From Paraspadella gotoi (lineage: Eukaryota; Animalia; Chaetognatha), in NCBI GenBank assembly GCA_051294375.1, contig CM119264.1:25697086-25761085 (forward strand): a stretch of DNA of 64,000 bases. Direction: 5' to 3'. Shown one piece after another: positions 14,400 to 26,800 of the stretch (positions are counted from its first letter, which is position 1; every line of letters begins with the position of its first letter). The notes below the pieces were generated by a model. It saw only the letters and a list, made by a program, of their open reading frames with translations, did not search any database and was not told the origin of the DNA. Position numbers and translations under genes: made by a program.

Positions 14400-14834
14400 T
14401 GGCAAGTTGGAGCGGGATAAAGGAAAAGAAATGAAGGAAGGAAAAATGGCAAGAAATTGAATGAGGCCTTGAAAAGTATAAGTAAAAAGAGAAGGATTTT
14501 AGTCAGAAGTTTTTGTGAATTTTTTACAACGTATTTATTTGTCGAATAAAGCAGATCAAGTGTTTCGTGGACTCACAAGCGTCGTCAAGCGCTGCATGAA
14601 GGCAGCTCAAAGACTTGCTAAGTCTCATACAACAAGCGAAAGAAATGCGATCTATACATAGTAAAATAGAAAACAAATCACAAAAAAGTCAATGTAGGAA
14701 AGGAAGGAAATGGAAATGGGAAAGAAGAGAAGATGGAAAATAGAATAAGCCGTTTGATCAAATGTCTTAGATCTAGATAAAATGTGATGGGAGTTAATAT
14801 GAAACTAAGAAGAAACAAAATGTAATAAATACTG

Positions 14835-17800
14835 TTACAATAGCCTTGCAAGATTTTAGTAAATGTTTTTTACAGAATTAGCGACCTTATAGTTACGAAA
14901 ATTTTAGTCCCCCGTATATGCTACTTAATTTGGATTTTCTATCGTATGTTTGTTGTAAATAATGCGGATGCAAGTAAGTGCTGTTGCAATCTCTTGCAAA
15001 ATTTGTGCAAGAATAAAACGGTTTTCCGATTAAGAACATGAGTAAAGTATCTAAAAAATATCAGTTTCCTCATGAATCAAATTTAACCTTGTCCGGTGCA
15101 ATTTAAAGAGCGAAAAAATACTTCATTCGTACATACTTTATGATTAAAAATGCCATAAAAAAATCATCTTTTGCCGTAATGATGTGATGTTTAAAAAGAC
15201 CGAATTCGTCTGGCATTTTAAAAAGTCACTATTTTTTATTTTCCGCCTGTATAACTTTGAAGTTTAATAGATGTAAATAAGGTATAAAATACAGACTAGA
15301 ATCCTCTAGAGTAATACCTGGGGCTTGTTCTATGGCGGTAAATAGGTATTAGTTTTTAATTTGTTCAGGAGCGTATGAATTGCTTAAATCTTGAAAAAAA
15401 TTTTGAATAAAATTATATTAAGATTTGTCGTGTATACTTATCTAAGTTGAATGTGTTAGTTACAGTCTTCATTATCTGATCAAAACATTAATGCTTTTTA
15501 ATGTTCGAGACCGTTCTTCGCCAAGCTTTTTACGATCGATATTCATAGTTGAATGGTATACGTAAAAGAAATTTAAATTTTATAAAAAAAAAAAGATTAA
15601 TTCAATTATGTACTTTCAAATTAGAATCTTTTTTAAAATTAAAGATTACGAAAAGATACATGTTCTGACTTGAATAAGGCGTTTAAAAACTAAATGTTTA
15701 TAATAAAAAAATAATATAAAATTATAATAATAAAATACCAATAAAACGAATGAGTTATTAAACTTTTATTTTATTATAAAAAATATGATGATTTTAATTT
15801 AAACTTAATCTCAAATAAATATAACAGGATTATATTAGGATGATGTGCGTTTAATTAAATCTTCATATCCAGCTTTTGAATAGCAGATGAATATTTGTTT
15901 ATTATTATGAAGAAAAAAATTAAGGCTCACTCGTAATATTGATTATTTATATTGTTAATAAATTAAGAATTGTTCCGAAAAATTATTAAGTAAGTATAAT
16001 GCAGTTAACTTTTCAATACTTTGAATATGAATATATGATATTAATAGCTTTTTTTAAAATATTTTAAGAGTTTCTTAAAAGTAATTTAAATTTTAGAAAT
16101 TGATAACAAATAAACAATTTTGTTGATAAGAAAACATAATAATAGTGTTTTTTTTTTCTCTCTAAATTTCAATAACGGCATACAATAAATTGATAGTTTT
16201 TATATACAATTGTCTGACGCAAGTATTTTATAATAAAAGTGGCAATATGATTATATTGAAAAATAATTTATTTATAGGCCCAACATAGAGAACGCATGGT
16301 ATTTAATATATTAGAACATATTTGTATCTTAATTTTTAGAGAAGATAAGTCGCATTGAAATTTTACCTAATGAATAGATTCTTTTTTCTATTTTAAATTT
16401 TTACTGTATAGTTCAATTAAAGAATGAAATCTTTAAAAGAGTTAGGGAGAGGTTTCAGAATTTAAGACTTATGCTTTGTTAAGGATAATTGTAGACATGA
16501 TTAAAGTTTATAGACATTCAAATTTTAAGCCATATTGACTGTTTCAGGGTGACGCCGGTGCTCATTTGGAGTGAGAAGCCAATCAGCCTCGGATGACATT
16601 AGGATTTACCGGCGGTTCAATCGTCCGAGCCGTATCCTATCCCTGCGGGGAAAGAGTGGTAGGTACGGCCGGTAAGTCCGTGCCTTGGGGGCGTGCAACC
16701 CTCAATGTCCTTGGTTCCATAGCCCATGACCCGTCCATGGTATCTGCTGAGGGGTGTTACTAATAAGTTACGGATAGTCATTCTTTGCCCAGGCTAGCGC
16801 TCTTATCCACAAATTATAAATATAGAAAAAAAAATGGAAGGAAAAAAAAGTTAAAACGGACTGATTTAAATAGAGTCTCACAATTAAATAAACGCAGATT
16901 TCAGTATGTTAATTGAAGGCTAGTTATAATAGAAAGAGATGTAAACTTACTAGAACCGTTCTAAGTCATATGTCAAATCAAAAACTAGGTTAAAATAATT
17001 TATTGAGTTAGGTTGGCCTCAGTATTATGTCTTACATTCAATGATAGAAAAAATGATTAAGTAAGGATTAAATTTTTGTTATTTCTGGTAAGTGAATGTC
17101 TCGTACAATTTAATTAATTCTTTTTATCGTAAAAGGACCTTTGCAGAGTTCGATTAATTATATTATTTGGCTGTGTTCTAGTTAAATCATGTCGGTTTTG
17201 TAACTTTTTTCCTTCGCTTTTTTTTTTAGATTGATATTTCGCAGAAAGCAAAAGTGTTTTTGAATATGTGTTACATGAATGTATTTATATTTATTTAAAA
17301 TGACGGACATGTTAATGATGTGATTGAAGGCTTTGGTAAGTCAAACTAGGCCGAAACAGTGTCCATCTCTTAAATAAAATAATATCGTTTATAGTGAGCG
17401 AATTTTTCCAAAAGAGTACTTGCTGTGCTTTAATATTAATCAGTAAATACAATTTGAAAAGAAAGGATTTTATTGCATCGATGGTAGTGTTGTAGTTGAT
17501 TCATAGCTTTTATTTGTTGAGCTGGATTGGAATTTTCATTATTCGAATAGCTTCTTTTCGATTTTTTTAGGCAACTTTGAATGTAGTAGGGGCAGCAAAA
17601 TTCCGTAGACAGAGCAGGATGTGTTTGGGTAAATACATTATTAGGAAGTTTTTATAAAAATTTATTTTCAGTATGTGATAGGATATTATGGCTGTTACAG
17701 GATGTGGATATGTCGTAATAAAGTTTATCATGTAACGATTGATCTCAAGCATGAAGCGTTTAATTTGAAACCTTCATAACTTTTTACAATTTTTTTACTT

Positions 17801-19410
17801 GAATCGTATAATGTAAAAATTTAAATAGGAAAAAAAGATACTGTATTTCATATTTAGGTATTTTCATAAATGGGATTAGTTTTCTTAATGAAATTGTAAG
17901 GATACAAATATGTCGTAATGTATATAATACATAATGCAGTCTACTTGGTTTAGGCTATAAAATAATTATTTTTATATTACATAATAATTTATAGTAAAAT
18001 ATTTTAAAAAATGAAAAAATATATTTTTTAAATACTATTAATATATATTTTATTTCAAGTATTAAGAATGTTAATTGCGATTAATACTGTTATATATTTG
18101 GAACTATTTATTTAATAACAGAGTTATTATATTGAAATGATATTGAGTGTGAGCGTAGCGTTGTGATTACTTTAATGTATAGTCCTTTGGTTAAGATTTT
18201 TTTTTCGATAAAAATATATAACATAATATGTGATTGCTATTAAAAAAGCTGGATATGATGACGTTGAATTGAGATAGCAGCATTCAAGACTAAGTAATTA
18301 TACCTGTTATTTTATTTGAGTATTAAGTTTTAATAAAACATCATATATTTTATGTGTATAAGTAAAATAAGTTGATAATCTGTTTTATTTTATTGTTTTG
18401 ATAATTGTTATATTAGGTTTTTGTAGTTTTAAGAACATTTTGTTTAACAGCTGTCTTATAAGTAGTGAGGAACTGATTTGTATGTAGTCGTTTATTTTGT
18501 AAAAATAACGAATGTTCTATTTGTGAAAAGAGTTACTATTAAATTTGATTTATCTTTTTTTTAAAATAAAGAAATTTAAACTTTTTACGGGTATAACTTG
18601 CAGGATGATAGAAAACCTATCGTAAAAAGTTTTGGCGGCGAGAGGTCTCATAATTGAAAGCTTTATGTTTTATAGATATATGAATAGTATAATGATAACG
18701 ATTTCTATACTTGTCACAGACACAGACAAAATATAAGTAGATATAAAATCATTTTTTCAATAATTTTTCGTAATTAGATTTTAACGAATTGCATAGCTTC
18801 CTGAACATAATTAAAAAACTAATAACTCTATTTATGTCACAATAGAAAGCACTCAATGCGGGTGTTGAGCTCTTAGAGGAGTTTAGGTCTTGTTTGTAGA
18901 CCTTATTGACAAATTATTTTCAAAGTTATAAAGGGAAAATAAAAAAAAGTGTGACTTAAAAGAATGTCGGGATGTAATTCGGTGTTTAAAACAGTCAATT
19001 AATTGGAAAAGTATGTATTTTGGAATTTTAAAATAAAGTAGTGTGAAAATGACAAGGTATTGTTCTAGCTGTCCTCTTAAATTATGGCTGGTTTTAATAA
19101 TTTGTATGTGTCGGGATATCAACTGGAATTAAATTTTTTTTTTTATAAAAAAGGAGTTTAAAATCTTTTAAATGTCCCATTTGTTTAATGAGGGAAAAAA
19201 AAAGGAAAAAACTCGGAGTAATTTTTGTGCAACACTATGTATCTGAAAGAGAGGTTGCAGAGCACTTAATTGATCGATATCCTTATAAAAAATCAGACTG
19301 ATGAGTGAAAAAAATATTAGTTAGCATATAGGGGATAATTTTGTTACTTATATGTGACTATAAATTCTGTTAAAAAACACTTTATAAAACTGTGTAGATG
19401 GTTCCGTAAT
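14835..19410. mobile_element. Foldback-type non-autonomous DNA element: ~1.7 kb inverted arms (~14835-16540 and ~17680-19410) around a ~1.1 kb spacer
   Basis: Reverse-complement anchors in correct mirrored order: 14861-14930/19312-19385, 15352-15390/18775-18820, 15505-15610/18541-18650, 15861-15888/18234-18260, 16311-16335/17891-17918, 16451-16478/17746-17772. Empty site actgtagcc at 13825 and 32042; host sequence resumes at ~19415. Confidence 0.75.
16536..16810 (+). ncRNA. Candidate structured RNA (unassigned family) in the element spacer
   Basis: GC-rich island in AT-rich context with nested stems: 16536-44/16772-80, 16548-56/16753-61, 16587-92/16747-52, 16595-600/16704-09, 16602-11/16670-79, 16629-41/16658-69; several G-U pairs favour the + strand. 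No evidence of transcription. Confidence 0.4.
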
Positions 19411-20775
19411 AATTTGTACCATTGGTGTGGCTGGCCGCTGCTGGACCCCGCAACTATCACACACTAGGAAGATAATCGTCAATATATATTGATAAAACGC
19501 TTGCGAAGTTTTGTCTAATACTGTATAAGAGAGATTTTTTGCTCGCCTTTGGCAGCGATCGTTAGTTACGATAATACAAAACCAATAGTAGCCATTTACT
19601 CATAAGTTTTCTAAGTGATCTCTTGTATAAATTGATAAGGTTTAATTTAATTTTTAAAATTAAAGTATTCAGAGTTTATAATGTGGAGCAACCTACTTGG
19701 TGTATCAGAAAACGAGTAAAGGAGTATGCACCTTAATAAATAAGAGTACTATGTGTATATATTTGTAAAATTCTCATTCTATTTAATCTTTTGTCTAACT
19801 TCTCGAAATATGAGAAAATCACAGTCTAAATAAAAACGGGATAGATAGTACATATATTAAAGTATGCTTTGATTTATTGTCTCTTATATCAATATTAGAT
19901 ATAAATTAATAAATTATAAATGTTAATATAAATTATATAACGTCTTTTATTCAGCCTATTAAATCAACAGAAAGGTTATATTTCAAGAACTAGAAAGAAT
20001 TCTGTAAATTATAATTATTAATTAATATGTCCAAATGTATGAGTTGCACAGGAGATGTTGAAACAATAATTATCATTATTAAAATGCTCTATATCCTATG
20101 TTTAGATGCTTCTTCAGTCGTTCTCTCGACAGCTTTGTTTATTGTAGTTACCTATTATTTAAAATCAACTCTAATGCATAAATCTTATCATGATTTCGAG
20201 TCTCTCAAGTATCAGATTATAGTTATAAGTTCATATATTGTATGATTATCGTACAAGATTGAAATAGTTAATGATTTGATAACTAGTTTATTTGACTCTC
20301 AGCTGAAGAGGAATTAAATCGGAAGACATGCGTAAAGAGCGGAACTTCAGGATAAAATATAGAGACAAGTGGCTTGAGTTCACATGAAAAAAAAAAGGGA
20401 ATTGATATAAAATATCTACGTTAATGTTTTTTTATTTTTAAACTAGCTTAGTTTTATCCTCACACTCACACCACCACACACCCTCAGATGTAAGTAAAAG
20501 AAAAGGAGGAGAGAAAAATTTCCGCACCGCGAAGATGCGAGATGGGAAAGATTCTTATTCAGCCATTCGTTTTCTTCATTCACGATTCGAACATTTTGTA
20601 TTCATAGCGAAGAAAATGCGAAGATGAATATTCTATACTCTCGAACGAAGGAGCGAAGTTTTGGGTTGAATTCGCTGGACGATCAAGACGGGAAAGACCT
20701 TCAAACATACCTAATTCCCTTTTGGTATCCCAGTTGCCCATCCAAATGTGCTTGCCTCCTTTCAGTTGATAGAGA

Positions 20776-20812
<37 letters not shown>

Positions 20813-23800
20813 GAGAGAGAGAAGAAGAGGATGCAGAGAGGAGGATGAGAGATAGACAAGAGAGAGTAGAGGGTAAACGTCTCTCAGCATCTTTTAGGTC
20901 AAAGATTCCTCATCATACACTGGCGTCGACCGCCATATGATGACGGGTAATTCTTTCTGGGGCTGCTCTCAAGGGGTCGTGCTGCTCTCTCTTCTCTCTC
21001 TCTCTCTCTCTCTCTCTCGTCTGCTTCTCTGCCTCTCATCTCTCTGCCTCTGCTCTCTCTTTCTCTCGTCGCTCTTCACTCTGCTCTGTATCTCTAATAG
21101 CTTTCGAGCAGCGGACTTTCGCCGAATTCTTCTCTAACAGATTTCGAGAATTTTAAAGACCCAAATTTTTGCGGCGAAGCCCATAAACTGTTCAGAGCGA
21201 TAGTAGACGAGGCGATTTGAATGGAACTTTGTGTTTTCTTTGGTGAATCTTTCTACGGCAGTGAGGATCTCGGCGGAACCAGTCCGGAACGGGACGGATG
21301 GATTTTGAAGAAAAAAATTTCTGTAAGAACGTTTATATCTTTAAAATAAAGTGCTACAGAATAGATCGATCTTTTAGATCTTAAAACTTAAAATTTTATA
21401 AAAGATACTCTAGTATAGTTTGAGGAGTAACAATGAATTTTTACCTGGTGATATGTATATTCCTTTTTCGTTTCGAGTCAGTATGATGCGCAAGTTTATA
21501 CATTAGGTGAATCGTGTCTTTACGGTTTTCGTTACTGTATTTTCTGTTTGCGGACGAATTCGGGGGTCACCAGCGAAAAAAACCGCTCGGGTGTCCTTAT
21601 CCTGGGAATAAAGATCCTTCGCTCTTTGATAAAAAAAAAAGTCTTTAACGCGTCGCGCCTGACCCCCTTGATATTCCAAACCGGTCTTGGCCACCGCCAC
21701 TGTCTTTTGGATTTTTTTCCCCCGAGTACTGGATCGCCTCTTGTTGGCTGCTCGGAGGGGTGTCCCCACTTCCCGAACACCCTTTTCACCACACCACCAA
21801 TCCCAAACCCCCTTTTTTCTCCACGCTGTCTCCCAGCTCACGCTTCTCTCAACATCGCTCCTCAGAATCAGCCCTCCCTAGAAGTCCCAGCTTTCTCGGG
21901 CGGAATTTGACCTTGTGACCCGCGCGCGTGATTCCGGGGTCGGAGATTCGAAAACTCGCGAAGACCGTGGTGTTCCCCTTCGGTCGGCGAAAGACTTAAC
22001 CCGATGTTGTTCTTTGGAACGTCGGACGATTATTTTTGAGTTCGAATTTGCGGTGGAGGAAGAGGGGGGGAATGATGGGATGTAGGAGGAGGAGGATGAT
22101 GGAGAGGCGTCGCCCAGGATCGGTCGCTTCGGGAGTTGAAGGATCGTGATCTGGACTTAGGATTCTAAGACTTTAGGTCGTGTAGTGTTTAGGTTATCAA
22201 TGAAACTTTACAATGTTAATAGATTGCGCTCTCATCTCTAGGATGTCTGGCTTCAAGTAATCGGTGTTCCCTTGAGTGATATTAATAATTAGTAGAAGTC
22301 GTCACTCTATTCTGCAGTTGACGTCAGCACAATTTTCTCGAGTGTTGCAAATAAGAAGGATATTAAAAGGTCTATCGATGTTTGAGAGGGCAATTTGATC
22401 ATCTGTAACTTTCGAATAATAACACAATGATAGTGATCGCTAAAACCATTTATCATCTCGGCTGTGTTGTGGATTCACATGTTGCCCCAAGTGATATGTT
22501 AGACTGACTCGGAAACGTTGTGGAGCGAAGGGAAAAAAAATCCTTTTGTTGGAGCCAAAGATATAAATGGTCGGTCTCCCTATTACGGTTCTTAGGGACA
22601 GCATCATGCTTTCTGTATCGCGACTTTATGGGGTCGAATGGGGGAGATTCTCTCTCACGATAGTTTTTGCGATCCGGAGATGTGTTGTCAGTCGGTGTCT
22701 CCGCTGTTATGGTCTGGGTCGGTCTGACTTACATCATATTTCTTGTGGAGATCTCTCGGTCTCTCGTCTCTCTCTTCTGCTCTCTCTCTCTCTCTGCTCT
22801 GTTCGTCTCCTCTCTCTCTCTCTCTCTCGTCATCTCTCTCTGCTCTGTTTCGTCCTGTCTCGCTCTCTCTGCTTCTTCTCTTCTCTCCTCGCTCTTCTTC
22901 TCTGCTCTCTCTCTCTTCTCTTCGTCTCTCTCTCTCTCGTCTTCTCTCTCTCTGCGTCTACCATCCAGCCCCTCTCTCCGTATAACTACCTTCGTGTCTC
23001 ACTGCCCCTGCCCCCCACGACCTGGCCATGATGAAGGCTTGAGGAAGGTAGATCGGCCTTAAGGTCAAAATGCCGCCGGTCTTTCTCTCTGCGGGGGGGG
23101 GTGGATGGGAGAAATAAATGTACTATGATAAGAGGGTGATGAAAAAAATCGTTTAGGTTGATGGATGAATTCGGGGAAAAGACGGTGAGGAGTTTAATAA
23201 GGTGAGGCGAATTTAAAAGATATGATAAGGGTGCTGAAAATGGAAGAGAAAGATGGTAGAGATGGATAAGAAGATGGGAGAGAGTAGGATAGATAGAAGC
23301 GGAAAGGAAATGATAAGAAAGAGAAGAGAAGGAAATAAGGAAAGGAGATGTAGGAAAGAAATGAAAGGAAGATAGGTAAAGAAAGAACGAAAAAAAACGA
23401 AAGAGAAGAAAGATGAAAAGGACGAAAGAAAAGAATAGAAAGAGGAAGAAAGAAAGAAAGAAAGAGGAAAGAAAGAAAGAGAAGATAAGAAAGAGGAGAG
23501 GAGCAAATAAAGAGATAAGAAAAGGAAAATTGTAAGAATTAAGAAAAAGAGGGGAATTTCAATCATGATTCAAAAGCGAATATTCAAATTAGATTAGTTC
23601 ATGAAAGGAAACAATTAATACTAAGCATATTTGAGAATGAGTGATGTGAATAATGGCGATGAGAACAGATTGTTAAGTTGAATTTGTTCAAGAAAAGAAA
23701 AAATTCGTATGAATGGTCGTTTTTGTATAGTTTAAAAAAATGCGAGGAGGGAAGTCGAAGTTGTTACAGCTATTTTCTCTCCACTGCAATTGAAAACAGG

Positions 23801-26800
23801 GCTGCGAAAATAATAAACAGTTTAGGGATCAATTTATTCTCTAATAAAATAGAGGCTTATCAACTCTCTTTTACAGAACTGAAATATTGTATTTCCATAA
23901 CGTTCGGTTTTAGCGTAACGGGTGAAAGTGAAACATTTAGTTGCGATCATTGCTATTAAAAACTATTTAAACTATTTTTAAATAATTTAAAAAGTTCTAA
24001 TAAGTATTGCTTTGAAGTCTTAAAACGCTCCCTGCTCCTTCGTTTTTTTCCCGCTAAATAATCGGGTTTTCTCTCAAGACTGAACGAAACTTCGAGTTCA
24101 TGCAAAAAGACGAAGGAGAAGCGGTACAAATTTTCAAGATGATGGAGTTTTGGATGGGCAAAGAACGGAATTGCATATCCGTGATTTACCAGATTCGAGA
24201 TTGAGGCCAATCGTTGCGTCGTTACAGGGTCGTCGTCGCGCATGCGTCGTTCGTCGGTCTGTTCACAATTTCTCCAGTTACGACTTCCGCTTGGTGGTGA
24301 ACCAAGATGTGTTGGGTGTGTAGCGTTGAAATAGATTGAGTGGGGGGGAAGGAGCTGTTGGAACCTTTAGTGCATGAGGATGTCGCTTGAGTAGGGTATT
24401 GTCAATAAAGCGTAGCAAAGAATATTAAAATCAAGTAGATTGCAGAAATTGTCGAGGCTTGGGTGGTATGCCTGGTGAATACATTGAGTAGTATAAAATA
24501 AGAATATGTTATTTTTAATCTCAAGATTTCGCATACGCCCATATTGATACATGAGTAAGTTTACCATAGAAAATGTGTAAAAATTTTAAGATAGGAATTT
24601 TCTTATTTTGGAATTGCCTCACTGAAAAAGTTGATAAAAGAGAAGATATGAACGGTCTTTTCAAAAGATGATTTCATTAAGTGGGTCAAAATGCCTAATA
24701 AAGACTGTTTATTTGTAAGCCTAGTATAGTTGTATATTTTTAGTATGAAAAAATTATAGTTTGTTGTTTAATTGGTTTTACTAACTTAATGATAAGTAAT
24801 TTTTTGATAGACTTATATTTATCTTTGATAAATTTTATGAGGATTCGATATCTGTTTAAAAATTAAAAAAATTTTTAAAATTGTTTGACATTCTTATTAT
24901 GAGTACTAGTGGGGCGTATGTGAATGATGATGAAATTTATAAAAAAAATGGTGTGTTCAGGAATCAGTTGTTCGTAGTACAAAACGTTGTCAGTGAATTT
25001 TGATCGTGCAATCTTTCACTACGCGCTTAGTAGGTCGAATGAGTGTTTTAGAGATATTCAGCTAGATTTAAGAAGTCAAGTGAAGTATTGTGTTAAATGT
25101 TTACGTCGGCAAAAATGATTGAAGCAAATTCATAGAGTATTGCAAGAATCGCAGGGTATTTAGAACTTGGTGAGGAATTCTGATTTTAAACAAGAAAGTT
25201 GGTGACGACAAAAATGTGACGACGATGAAATAAAGCATTCACCGTGTAGGGCAGCTCGGTTAAAATGTGACTTACACAACAGAAAGTTTGTTTGGACCGC
25301 GGACGTGATCAGCTCGTTCACAGGGGTAAAGGAATGGGAGAGTTCCAGGTGTTAAAAATACAGAATAAAATGGTAGAATGAGAAGCGTGTGTGATGAAAG
25401 AAAGCGATTCACGAGTCTCGGTGAGGAGAAAGCGAAGTTAGTATGTAAAGAAACAAGAAGAGAGTCGAGAAAATATGAAAATAAAAGGACTAAAGAGAGA
25501 GAGAGTAAGTGTGTGAATTGCTGTGAAAGGAGAAAGAAGTCGCTGAAATGGTAGAGGGAGAGAATTAGAAAGGGAAATAGTAAATGGAAAAAATAATGGA
25601 ATGGAAAAGGAAAATGAAATATGCTGGAAAGGTAATGCGAAAGAAAATGGAAAGGAAGGAAAGGGAAAGGAGAATGAAAAGGAAAGGAAGGAAAGTGAAA
25701 AGAAAGTGATGAATGGAAAGGGAGATGGATAGAAGGAGGAAATGGGAAGAGGAAAGGGGATAAGGGAAGTGAAAAGAAATGAAAGGAGTTGAGAGGAAAG
25801 GAAAGGAAAGAAAGGAAAGGAAAGGAAAGGATAAGAAAGGAAAGGAAATGAAATGAAATGAATGAAATGAAATGAAGATGAAATTGAATGAGAATGAGTA
25901 ATGAAATGCAAATGAGAATTTGAAATGAGAATGGAAATGAGTATGAAGGAATAGAAAAGAGTAAAAGTAAAAGAATAATAAAAGAAAGAAATGTTACCAA
26001 AAGAAAGCCGAACAGGAGAGAAGGAAAAGGATGAATAAACCGACAGTAAAAAAATATAGATAAATAATAAAGAACTCAGTATTGGTGTTCTTTTTTTTTG
26101 TTCTGTTCGAGCGAAGTTCTGAGGGATGATTAATCGATTGTGCCGTGTCAGTCTCTCTCGATTGAGTGTGGTTTGTGTGGCGTGTCCGGGAGAGCGAGGT
26201 TACGCTGTTAGGTGGAGTGGAGGAAAGAGATGAAAAAAGAGTTGAGAGTAAGGGTAGGATTGGTAGAAGGAGAAGGGAGGAAATGAAAGTGAGGAATTGA
26301 TAGGAAATGGGATTAAAGAATGAAAGAAATGAGAGGGAAGAGGAAGGAGAATACAAAAAGAGAGGGGAGAAGGAATTTAGGAGTATCACAAGATGCTCAT
26401 GTAGCCGCGGTTGCCTTTCGGGGGCGAGGTTCGTGTTGCTGCCCGGGCGGCTAGGTCGCGGTTAATAAAAGCCATTGTGGGTCCGCGTTCCTAGCCGTGT
26501 GGGTCTTTGTGCGTTGGGGTGTTTTAAAGGGATTGTCGCGGTTCGTTGGTTCGGGGGAGGTTCGCTGTTTTGCGTTTCGACCAGGGAGGTCGCGTTTGGT
26601 TCGAAGACGCGTTGGCTGCGCTATCCGATTCGGCCGAAAGAAAAGTGGGGGCTCGCTTAAATGGAGCGAGAATGAATCTGGGGGCGGGGACGAGAAGAGA
26701 AAGTAGAGAAGGGTAGAGGAGAGAGAGAGAAGTGAGATTGAGAGAGGGATTGAGGAGGGAGAGGGAAGAGAGGGAGGGGGAGGAGGAGGCGGTGAGGAGA

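Noticed and set aside
16541-16580. U12 snRNA resemblance (gggtgacgcc...ctca...gtgaga)
   Set aside because: No Sm site follows and the conserved U12 5' end is not adjacent; the match is too short
16627-16670. Group II intron domain V resemblance (gagccgtat...gaaa...gtacgg)
   Set aside because: The hairpin is too long, lacks the AC bulge and GNRA-closed upper stem geometry, and no domain VI or RT ORF is visible
16744-16811. Hammerhead core (ctgctgag) and DnaA box (ttatccaca)
   Set aside because: No CUGANGA/GAAA arrangement; a single 9-mer is expected by chance and is not meaningful in a eukaryotic context
14835-19410. Missed-adapter long-read palindrome as the explanation of the inverted repeat
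   Set aside because: The flanks are colinear host sequence rather than mirrored, the spacer is ~1.1 kb unique sequence, no adapter is seen, and the arms differ by a large indel
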